Positions 8,904-16,881 of a stretch of DNA of 64,000 nt are shown one piece after another. The stretch lies in contig JBJKVO010000015.1 of NCBI GenBank assembly GCA_045562555.1, forward strand, positions 590,198 through 654,197, written 5' to 3'. The stretch is from Dehalococcoidia bacterium. GTDB taxonomy: Bacteria; Chloroflexota; Dehalococcoidia; Lucifugimonadales; UBA3495. The notes beneath the pieces were generated by a model that saw only the letters and a list, made by a program, of their open reading frames with translations, was not told the origin of the DNA and did no database searches. Numbering within the stretch: position 1 is the first letter of the stretch; every line of letters begins with the position of its first letter. The position numbers and the translations under genes were made by a program.

Positions 8904-11900
8904 ATGTTAACTAATATGCCGCAGACTATGAAATTTATATTGGTCACCACTTTAGTGGTAATTTTAGGAGCGTTTTCGACTCCTGTAATTTGGGGATCAG
9001 ATATATCTCCGTTCCAGCTTGATAGAAATGGAACATATTTACCGAATGACCATGAAGGAATGGACATGGGCGACATGGACATGGGGGACATGGACATGGG
9101 CGACATGGATGATGGTGGCGGCGACATGGACGATGGTGGCGGCGACATGGATGATGGTGGCGGCGACATGGACGATGGTGGCGGCATGGATGATGGTGGC
9201 GGCGACATGGGCGGCGACATGGGTGACATGGATATGGGCGGCGACATGGGCGGCGACATGGGCGGCGACATGGGCGGTGACATGGGCGGCATGGACATGG
9301 GCGGCGACATGGGCGGCATGGATATGGGCGGCATGGATATGGGCGGCATGGACATGGGCGGCATGGACACTGGTGGCATGGGTGCTGATATGGGCGGCAT
9401 GGACATGGGTGGCATGGGTGCTGATATGGGCGGCATGGGTGCTGACATGGGTGGCATGGGTGCTGACATGGGTGGCATGGGTGCTGACATGGGCATGGGC
9501 ATGGGTGCTGATATGGGCGGCATGGGCATGGATATGGGCGGCATGGGTGCTGACATGGGCATGGACATGGGCGGCTTCGGTATGGGTGATATGGACTATC
9601 AGGATCCAGGATCAGACGGCATGGACATGGGACCGGGAATGGACATGGGTGACTTTGGTGACTTTGGTGACTTTGGCGGCATGGACATGGGCGGCGAATT
9701 TATGGATTTCGAGTTCCAGATGGAATTTGATTCCACTCCAGAAATGTGGGACGTCGGATTTGATACTCACACTCCAAGAGGTGAAGATGCCAGAGAAGCC
9801 TTTGATATGGCAATGGACATGGGACCAGGTGGTTTTGACCAGCTAGGTTCTGATCAGATATTTGAAATGGCAGGCAGCATGGATGCCACTGGCTTTGATA
9901 TGCTAGGTGGAGATGCTGTCTTTGATATGGCGATGGGAATGGACTCTGGCCAATTCGTGGATATGGGTGGAGATCAATTAGCAGGTATGTTTGGTGCCAT
10001 GGAAGGCGACATGATGTACGACCTTGGCGGAGACATGCTCTTTGATGCAGCTTCTAATATGGGTGCTGCAGACTTTTATTCAATGGACGGGGATGCTGCA
10101 TTCGGAATGTTTGATGCCATGGGATCAGATATGATTATGGACCTTGGTGGCGAACAGATGGCCGGTATGCTAGGTGCTATGGAAGGCGACATGATGTATG
10201 ACCTTGGTGGTGATATGTTGTTTGATGCGGCTTCTGGTATGGGCGCTAACGACTTTATGATGATGGACCCCGATAGTGCATTCGGAATGTTCGATGCGAT
10301 GGGTCCAGAGATGGTCTTCGACTTAGGAGGAGACCAAATGGCTGGGATGTTCTCAGCTATGGAAGGTGACCAAATTCGAGGTATGGATTCAGACATGGCA
10401 TTTGGTGCTTTCGAATCTATAGGCGCTGGTGGCTTTGACATGCTCGGCGGCGACCAAATGGTTGGAATGTTTGATGCTATGGCTCCAGAAATGATGTATG
10501 ACCTTGGTGGAGATATGCTCTTTGATGCTGCCTCTAGCATGGGCGCAAACGACTTTATGATGATGGATCATGAAGCAGCATTCGGAATGTTTGATGCGAT
10601 GGGTCCAGATATGTATATGGACTTGGGCGGCGACCAGATGGCTGGAATGTTTTCAGCAATGGAAGGCGACATGTTCATGGATATTGGTGGCGACATGCTC
10701 TTTGATGCAGCCGCTAATATGGGCGCGAACGACTTTATGATGATGGAAGGCGACGCAGCATTCGGAATGTTTGACGCAATGGGTTTTGATGGAATGATGG
10801 ACCTGGGCGGTGATCAAATGGCCGGAATGTTTGGAGCCATGGAAGGAGCAGACATTATGGCGATGGGCTCAGAACGAGCCTTTGACGCTATGATGGACAT
10901 GGGCATGGGTACCGCTATGGAATTTATGGGCGGTGATCAAATGGCCGGAATGTTAGGAGCCATGGAAGGCGACATGTTGGGTCAATTAGGTGGCGACATG
11001 TTATTCGATGCTGCGATGAATATGGGAGCAGCAGATATGATGATGATGCCCCCAGATGCAGCTTTCGGTATGTTTGACACAATGGGCGCAGATATGATGA
11101 TGGATTTGCCTCCAGATGCGATGGCAGGAATGTTCGGAGCCATGGAAGGCGACATGTTTGGACAAATTGGTGGAGACGTATTATTTGATGCTGCGATGAA
11201 TATGGGAGCAGCAGATATGATGATGATGCCCCCAGATGCAGCGTTTGGAATGTTTGACACAATGGGACAAGGAGCTGTAATGGACCTACCTCCAGATGCG
11301 ATGGCAGGAATGTTCGGAGCCATGGAAGGCGATATGTTCGCTTCGATGGGTGGGGAATTCATGGCCGATGCATTAGGAACTATGGGTATAGAGTCAGCGT
11401 TGGAATTTATGCCTCCGGAAGCAATGGTTGACATGTTCGGGGCAATGGATCCAACAAATATGGCAGAACTAGGAGCAGGTGCAATGTTTGATGCAGCTGC
11501 GGGACTACCTCCTGCTGAAATGGCAATGATGCCACCAGATGCAGCGTTTGGAATGTTCGAGACAATGGGAACTGATATGTTGTTTGATCTCCCTCCAGAT
11601 GCGATGGCAGGAATGTTCGGAGCCATGGAAGCCGATATGTTAGGACAGATTGGTGGCGATGTGTTGTTTGATGCCGCCGCTACTATGAGTCCTACAGACT
11701 TTATGGTTATGCCAGCAGATGCAGCAGCCGGAATGTTGGACACAATGGGCGCTGGGGCAGTATTAGATTTGCCAGTAGATGCGATGGCCGGTATGGTCGG
11801 AGCTATGGATACTTCTCAGATACTAGAATTGCCAGCAGATGCAGCCCTAGACATGTTCAATGCTATGGGTGCTGATACCGCGGTGGCAGGCATGGATGCA

Positions 11901-13061
11901 GACAGTCTTGCAGGGATAGTAGGAGCTATCGAACCCGAAGCTTTAATGGACTTAGGAATTGACGCTTTAACTACAGTAGCAGCAGAAATTACGGTTGAGG
12001 CGTTCATGGAAATGCCATCTGAAAATGCTGCCGGAATGGTTGAAGCAATGGGTGTAGGTGAAGTGCTCAGTTTAGGTGGTGAGCAGATTGCTGGAATGAT
12101 GGGCGCAATGGAAGGATCTCAGATACTAGATGTTCTCGAACCTTCTGAAATTGCTATGGCGGCTGAAAAAATAGATGGCCAATCCTTCACCGCTATGGAT
12201 CCAGACAGCGTAGGGACCATGTTAGAGGCTGTAGGTGTGGAACAAATAGCAGCAGGTTTGCAAGGAGACCAATTAGCTGGCATGGTTACAGCATTGGATC
12301 CTGAACAATTAATTGAAGCTATTGCACCAGATCTAGCACTCGAAATGGTAGATAAAATGGATATCAATTCAGTTGCATTGATGGAATCTGATAGTGCTGC
12401 AGCGATGTTAGAAACAGTAGCAGGAGATGCTCCCGCAGCTGTCGCTGACATGCCAGAGGCTACGTTAGCAGCAATGTTCGAGACAGTGGCGGCACCTGAA
12501 GTATTAGCAAGTACAGAAATCACTGAAGCTATGGCAGAAGCACTGGAAGCAGGCGCAGCTCCAACAGACTTAGGTCTAGAGATAACTGATTTTGCTGATG
12601 GAGTTTTCGAGGCTCTTGAAGCCGGTACGGCTCCTGTTGACGCAGGACTAGAAGTAATAGCCCCTGCTGAAGTAACTGTAACAGCTGAGGTTGTATTAGC
12701 TGCAGCTGAAGCTTTACCAGTGGATACAATAGAATCATTCGCCCCTGCATCCGCAGTAGCGATGATTGAGGCGTTAGATCCAGCAGCAAGTGCTGCATTC
12801 GCCGAAATTGGGGAAGCGAACGCCGCAGCAGCTATGGACGCTGTGGTAGCTGGTGAGGGTACTCTAGGAGAAATTGAAGCTCCTGCAGTTCCAGTAGCCG
12901 CTGAACCAGCAGATTTAAGTGCTCTAGGAAGTGAGAAAGTTACAGCGGTAGCTGAAGCAATGTCTGCTGATCCTGGTGCGATTAAAGAAGTAGCTCCAGA
13001 AATTGTCGCTGCAATGGCAGAAGTTATAGAGCCAGCTGCAATGGCAGATTTACCCGTCTGA
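8904..13061 (+). CDS. Giant (1385 aa as called) signal-anchored, highly acidic Met/Asp/Gly/Ala-rich repeat protein; no recognisable family; 3' end probably frame-broken
   Basis: AGGTGA RBS 9 nt upstream of the ATG. N-terminal hydrophobic segment KFILVTTLVVILGAFSTPVIWG. The only uninterrupted frame across 4.1 kb that gives a signal-anchored protein whose repeat copies differ at synonymous Gly/Asp/Ala sites while keeping ATG. Lys/Arg/His/Trp are rare and Cys is absent. Confidence 0.75.
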   Translation: MLTNMPQTMKFILVTTLVVILGAFSTPVIWGSDISPFQLDRNGTYLPNDHEGMDMGDMDMGDMDMGDMDDGGGDMDDGGGDMDDGGGDMDDGGGMDDGGGDMGGDMGDMDMGGDMGGDMGGDMGGDMGGMDMGGDMGGMDMGGMDMGGMDMGGMDTGGMGADMGGMDMGGMGADMGGMGADMGGMGADMGGMGADMGMGMGADMGGMGMDMGGMGADMGMDMGGFGMGDMDYQDPGSDGMDMGPGMDMGDFGDFGDFGGMDMGGEFMDFEFQMEFDSTPEMWDVGFDTHTPRGEDAREAFDMAMDMGPGGFDQLGSDQIFEMAGSMDATGFDMLGGDAVFDMAMGMDSGQFVDMGGDQLAGMFGAMEGDMMYDLGGDMLFDAASNMGAADFYSMDGDAAFGMFDAMGSDMIMDLGGEQMAGMLGAMEGDMMYDLGGDMLFDAASGMGANDFMMMDPDSAFGMFDAMGPEMVFDLGGDQMAGMFSAMEGDQIRGMDSDMAFGAFESIGAGGFDMLGGDQMVGMFDAMAPEMMYDLGGDMLFDAASSMGANDFMMMDHEAAFGMFDAMGPDMYMDLGGDQMAGMFSAMEGDMFMDIGGDMLFDAAANMGANDFMMMEGDAAFGMFDAMGFDGMMDLGGDQMAGMFGAMEGADIMAMGSERAFDAMMDMGMGTAMEFMGGDQMAGMLGAMEGDMLGQLGGDMLFDAAMNMGAADMMMMPPDAAFGMFDTMGADMMMDLPPDAMAGMFGAMEGDMFGQIGGDVLFDAAMNMGAADMMMMPPDAAFGMFDTMGQGAVMDLPPDAMAGMFGAMEGDMFASMGGEFMADALGTMGIESALEFMPPEAMVDMFGAMDPTNMAELGAGAMFDAAAGLPPAEMAMMPPDAAFGMFETMGTDMLFDLPPDAMAGMFGAMEADMLGQIGGDVLFDAAATMSPTDFMVMPADAAAGMLDTMGAGAVLDLPVDAMAGMVGAMDTSQILELPADAALDMFNAMGADTAVAGMDADSLAGIVGAIEPEALMDLGIDALTTVAAEITVEAFMEMPSENAAGMVEAMGVGEVLSLGGEQIAGMMGAMEGSQILDVLEPSEIAMAAEKIDGQSFTAMDPDSVGTMLEAVGVEQIAAGLQGDQLAGMVTALDPEQLIEAIAPDLALEMVDKMDINSVALMESDSAAAMLETVAGDAPAAVADMPEATLAAMFETVAAPEVLASTEITEAMAEALEAGAAPTDLGLEITDFADGVFEALEAGTAPVDAGLEVIAPAEVTVTAEVVLAAAEALPVDTIESFAPASAVAMIEALDPAASAAFAEIGEANAAAAMDAVVAGEGTLGEIEAPAVPVAAEPADLSALGSEKVTAVAEAMSADPGAIKEVAPEIVAAMAEVIEPAAMADLPV
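9060..9697. repeat. Coding micro/minisatellite tract (12-, 15- and 21-bp units) encoding (MDMGD)n, (DDGGGDM)n, (DMGG)n, (MDMGG)n, (MGADMGG)n, (DFG)n
   Basis: Directly visible tandem units. Examples: gatgatggtggcggcgacatg about 4-5 copies around 9106-9210, gacatgggcggc units around 9205-9290, ggcatgggtgctga(c/t)atggg(c/t) about 4-5 copies around 9376-9495. Confidence 0.9.
10956..11315. repeat. Near-identical 180-bp (60-codon) tandem duplication inside the giant ORF
   Basis: The ggagccatggaaggcga anchor recurs at 10956, 11136 and 11316. A roughly 55-nt identical block gatgctgcgatgaatatgggagcagcagatatgatgatgatgcccccagatgcagc occurs at 11007 and 11187. Confidence 0.9.
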
Positions 13062-13748
13062 AATGATGGGTAGTATGGTAGAAGTTATGAGCGGTGACCA
13101 GGTATCAGACTTGGGAGCTGAGCAGAAAGAAGCAGCTCTAGTGTCAGCAGGAGCAGGGATTAATCGAACCTGCTGTTGAGGGTGCTCCAGCACCAACTGA
13201 CTTTGCTGAAATGCCGGCTGTGGAAACGGCAATAGCTGCTACTGATGCAGCACCTACAGCTGAACTGGTCGCTATGATAGATTCAGTGGGTGAGATATTT
13301 GAGTTCATGGCAGCCGGTACCGGTGAAGGCCTGGCTCCAGATATGCCAGAGATGCCAGAAGTGCCTGCTCCATTAGATACTGGCGCAGCACCGGCAGGCG
13401 ATCTACCTGCTCCGACAACGGCAGTGGGTGGTGACGCAGCCGCCGCAAATGCAGCTGCCGACGTAGCCGCTGCTGCAGAGACGGCAGCAGCAGCAGAAGC
13501 GGTAGCCGAAGCCGTGGCATCAGCAGAAGCCGCTGATGCAGGCTCGAGGCAGCAGCTGACCAAGCTCAGACTCAGGCAGAAGAGTTACAGGCAGCTAGCA
13601 GACGCTAACCCTAACGATAGCTGCAGCTCAGGAAGCCGCATTAGCGGCAGCAGATGCCGGCAGCTGCAGGCAGGAGCGACGGCAGCCGCAAGCCGCAGCA
13701 GCCGCTGAAGCAGAAGCCGCAGCGGCGGCAGCCGCTGCAAGTGCGTGA
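13054..13748 (+). other. Out-of-frame continuation of the giant ORF (repeat-like, then Ala/Glu/Pro-rich tail) spread over at least 3 frames; includes ORF 13211-13708
   Basis: Frame +1 from 13054 reads PSEMMGSMVEVMSGDQVSDLGAEQKEAALVSAGAG, which matches the repeat unit. From about 13157 the next frame reads LIEPAVEGAPAPTDFAEMPAVETAIAATDAAP...AAAAETAAAAEAVAEAVASAEAADA, the same style as residues 1150-1385 of the main ORF. Confidence 0.45.
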
Positions 13749-13805
13749 GGCCGAAGTAGCTGGCGGAACTGGCCAGTAAGCAAGCTATCAAAAATAGTTC
13801 AGTCG

Positions 13806-13839
13806 AAAGAGCCCTTCTGACGAGGGCTCTTTTCTTTTT
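13806..13839 (+). terminator. Rho-independent terminator closing the giant-ORF operon
   Basis: Perfect 9-bp stem aaagagccc (13806-13814) / gggctcttt (13824-13832), 9-nt loop, followed by tcttttt. Confidence 0.75.
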
Positions 13840-13879
13840 ACCGGAAGTCGCATATATTAAGGGAATTCTATGGTTGAGA

Positions 13880-14294
13880 ATGAGGAGGATTACTTGGACA
13901 TGGACGACAAGATTCGGCTTAAAGGCTATTAATCACAGTACTTATTGCGTCAAAGATAAAGACGCTGCCCTTGAAATGGTACACTGAAGTGTCTAGGGCT
14001 ACGGTCAAATTCCCAAGATGGTGGACAGCGACCATTTGTATTGGTTGCAGCTCCCGAGCGGGGCGATGATCCATATCATCGAACATCGCTGACGCTCCAT
14101 CGGCTCCATCACACCATACTGCGTTCGAAGTTGACGATATAGAGGCTTCAAGGGCATATTTCGAAGAGAAAGGTGTTGCGGCATTGACTGATATACAAAC
14201 TAGAAATGATGGCCAGAGAGCTTATTATTTCGAAGATCTAGATGGGAATAGACTGGAAATTTGCACCAAATCGGGCTTTGGAGTTCTGGTCTAA
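13880..14294 (+). pseudogene. VOC (glyoxalase/bleomycin-resistance/dioxygenase) family gene, disrupted by several frameshifts
   Basis: Family-like pieces lie in different frames: LKAINHSTYCVKDKDAALE (frame 2), WYTEV (frame 0), LGL (frame 1), DHLYWLQLPSGAMIHIIEH (frame 2), HHTAFEVDDIEASRAYFEEKGV...YYFEDLDGNRLEI (frame 0, stop at 14292-14294). No intact ORF of 60 aa or more. Confidence 0.6.
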
Positions 14295-14312
14295 AAGTAA
14301 CCTAGACTGTGT

Positions 14313-15570
14313 TTAGGGTTGATATGCAGGTTTTTTTATTACTAAGAAAGAGACGCCTGCAATCAATCCTAAGACGCAGTAACTCAGAAGTGCTACATCA
14401 TACGAATGATAGACGTCAAATATTATGCCCGAGGTTAACGCTCCAATTGCTTGCCCTAAGGAAATAAAAGGCTCTGTTACCCCTCTAATTTTACCCAAAT
14501 TGTTCCTCCCGAAGTAGTTAGCGTACGTTACAGGAGGGATGCATAGAATACCTGCTATGGCGAATCCAAATAGGGACGATAATACGAATACTGATATTGG
14601 GCCTTGGATGAGAGTAAATAATCCTAAAACTAATCCGAGCGTTATTGCGTCTAAAGAATAGGCATATTTTGCTGGCATAAATTCTAGGATTCTGCCCCAA
14701 ATTATGCTTCCTATCCCGGTGAAGATGGCGTTACAGGAGACGCCCATTATTGCCACCCAAGGAGCGAGTCCTTTGTCAGTGATCAATGCAGCTTGGTGCA
14801 CATTCATCCCTGACTGAAGTAAGAAGAGGATTCCTCCGGATGCTGCCAATATCCATAGTACTTTCGTCTTTGCCGCTTGTCCCAATGTCCAACTTACTTC
14901 TTCAACAAAACTTTCCTCAGGATCATTATTGTGAGTATCAGATGAATCACCATCTGGAAGCAAGCCAAGATCTTCCGGTCGGTGCTGCTACGAATAGTAA
15001 TGTGAAAGGGAGTGATAAGGTTAGCACTAGTATCCCGATAACTAACCATGCAGATCTCCAGTCGTACCATTGTATGATTGTCCAAGCAAGTAAAGGGAAA
15101 GCTAGCATTCCTATAGAATGAAAAGAGAATAGTAGTCCGGTTGCTCTACCTCTATATTTGACGAACCACCTTGATATACAGACTGAAGATCCGATCTGAA
15201 ATGTACTATTAAATAGGACTCTACCTAGTCCGTAGGCTATGTAGAAAGCCAAAGGTGTGGTAACCCAACTCAAAGAAATTGTTGCTATACCTAGTAGTAG
15301 TACACTAATCGATAATACTATTTGAGTTTTATATTTATCTACAATCCATCCTGCAGGGACCGATGCAATTGATGCGGCTAGGCCCCCTACACTTGCCGCT
15401 CCTGCGATCAACGTTCTACTCCAGCCTAGTTCGGTATTCATCGATGCGATAAATACTCCTATCATCAAACTAGCAGCTGCGTTTCTAACAATGGCAGAAG
15501 TTCCGACTGACAATAGCACTACCCAGCCATAGTAAAAAGGAATGCTAGGTGCTATTTTTTTTGCTAACAA
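14313..15570 (-). pseudogene. MFS transporter split by a frameshift in the central cytoplasmic loop
   Basis: ORFs 14947-15570 (N-terminal half, 6 TM) and 14313-14963 (C-terminal half) overlap by 17 nt in different frames. The junction would read ...LLFVAAPT-RPEDLGLLPDGDSS..., the typical MFS loop, if one base were removed or added near 14965-14985. Confidence 0.7.
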
Positions 15571-15596
15571 AATATATTATTGAATCCTGCTTAAGG

Positions 15597-15974
15597 TTAA
15601 GAGTAATTAGAGATTGTTCTAGTTATCTGAGCTGCTGCTGACTTAATTTGAGAACCTTTAATAGGAGGTTGTAGTTTAGCTACTTTAACTGTTACTTCAT
15701 CAGCACTGGTTTCGTTCAGAATCCTGTAAGCTATGTTTTCCGCTACACTCTCGATCAGATTTTGAGATGGACCTTCTACTATGCTTTTAATTAATTTATA
15801 TACTTGAGAATAATTAACGGTATCATTTAGATCATCTGTTTGCCCTGGTAACAACAGACTACAATTGATTTCCAGATCTACAACGAATTTTTGGCCTTGT
15901 ATCTTTTCTTCTTGGTTTACTCCGTGATAGCCATAAAATTCCATTTCACTAAGTATGATTTTATCTGTGTTCAC
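15597..15974 (-). CDS. folB: Dihydroneopterin aldolase
   Basis: FYGYHGVNQEEKIQGQKFVVDLE and VNYSQVY motifs, about 125 aa, typical of FolB. Confidence 0.85.
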   Translation of the reverse strand: MNTDKIILSEMEFYGYHGVNQEEKIQGQKFVVDLEINCSLLLPGQTDDLNDTVNYSQVYKLIKSIVEGPSQNLIESVAENIAYRILNETSADEVTVKVAKLQPPIKGSQIKSAAAQITRTISNYS

Positions 15975-15997
15975 TACAGTACCTTGTTTATATGTAT

Positions 15998-16879
15998 CTA
16001 TAACGTGAATTTATCTTCTAGTAATCCCGCGGATATAAGAACATTCTGCGCACGTTTTACCACCGGAACATCTATCATTTTCCCATCTAGTGCGATAGAG
16101 CCTTCTCCTTGAGATTCGGCTTGTTCCCATGCTGTCATAACTTTCTGAGCATATTCTATTTCTTGAACGGATGGGGAAAAGATCTTGTTTATTGTTTCGA
16201 TCTGATTAGGGTGAATTGCAAATTTACCAGTATAACCAATGGATTTCGCATTATTGGCGTCGTTTGTGAGAGCGTCATAATCATTAAAGCTTACGAACGG
16301 ACTGTCAAGTGCAGGTAAATTGACTGCCTTGGCTGCGATTGGAACCATAGCCCTAGGTACAGCTATTTCTGCCCCTAGTTCAGTTCTGGTGATTTCCATG
16401 TCGTTTGTTAAATCTTCCGCTCCGAAGGCGAGTGCTATGGTTCTGGTACTAGCAGTAGAAATCTCTTGTAGATTCATGATTGCTTTCGCACTTTCAATCC
16501 ATGCTATGAATTTTAAAGAACGGGAAGGCAGCTTTTTTTTATTTTCTATCTCACTCAGCATTATATCTATAGTTTTCACATCATTTGCGCTAGAAATCTT
16601 CCCTACACTGAATCCTAATATAGAATTTGAAGCCATGTGAGTTATTTCATTCTTTGTCAGTCCTGTATCTAAGGCATTCAATCTAATCATTACTGTCTTG
16701 CCAGCTTGGGTTAGTTTGTTAGCCCACTCTTGGGCGATTGGGATAGCAGAAAGTTTTTGTGCTGTAGGTACAGAGTCTTCAAGGTCAACCATGATAATAT
16801 CTGCATCAAAAGTTAGAGCTTTTTCTAACATATTTACCCTGTTGCCAGGAACGAATATAAGGCTACGTATAGATTTCAT
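15998..16879 (-). CDS. HpcH/HpaI aldolase / citrate-lyase beta (CitE)-like acyl-CoA lyase
   Basis: RSLIFVPGN...ADIIMVDLEDSV, FGAEDLT, KFAIHPNQI. The ORF track starts at a TTG at 16900, inside polA. The ATG at 16879 (MKSIRSLIFVPG) lies 2 nt after the polA stop. Confidence 0.75.
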   Translation of the reverse strand: MKSIRSLIFVPGNRVNMLEKALTFDADIIMVDLEDSVPTAQKLSAIPIAQEWANKLTQAGKTVMIRLNALDTGLTKNEITHMASNSILGFSVGKISSANDVKTIDIMLSEIENKKKLPSRSLKFIAWIESAKAIMNLQEISTASTRTIALAFGAEDLTNDMEITRTELGAEIAVPRAMVPIAAKAVNLPALDSPFVSFNDYDALTNDANNAKSIGYTGKFAIHPNQIETINKIFSPSVQEIEYAQKVMTAWEQAESQGEGSIALDGKMIDVPVVKRAQNVLISAGLLEDKFTL

Positions 16880-16881
16880 TT

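Noticed and set aside
9060-9697. The regular short repeats as a possible CRISPR array
   Set aside because: The units are 12-21 bp, directly abutting with no spacers, in-frame coding, and there are no cas genes.
8876-9846. Long ORFs in the other frames/strand of the repeat tract (minus-strand MSMPMSAPMPP... 230 aa; +2 frame WTWATWTWGTW... 275 aa)
   Set aside because: These are mirror or out-of-phase readings of the ATG/GAC/GGC repeats. They have no RBS or signal logic, lie fully inside the giant ORF, and are low-complexity artefacts of a stop-poor repeat.
10076-12798. Several antisense ORFs (60-253 aa) inside the giant gene
   Set aside because: They are Ser/Pro/Ile/Ala-rich low-complexity translations of the antisense strand. 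They are open only because the sense strand is built from few codons, and they show no independent coding signal.
13144-13791. Multiple overlapping ORFs on both strands in the GC-rich Ala-codon region
   Set aside because: GCN-rich sequence is nearly stop-free in all six frames. Only the + strand text continues the style of the upstream protein, so the others are treated as artefacts.
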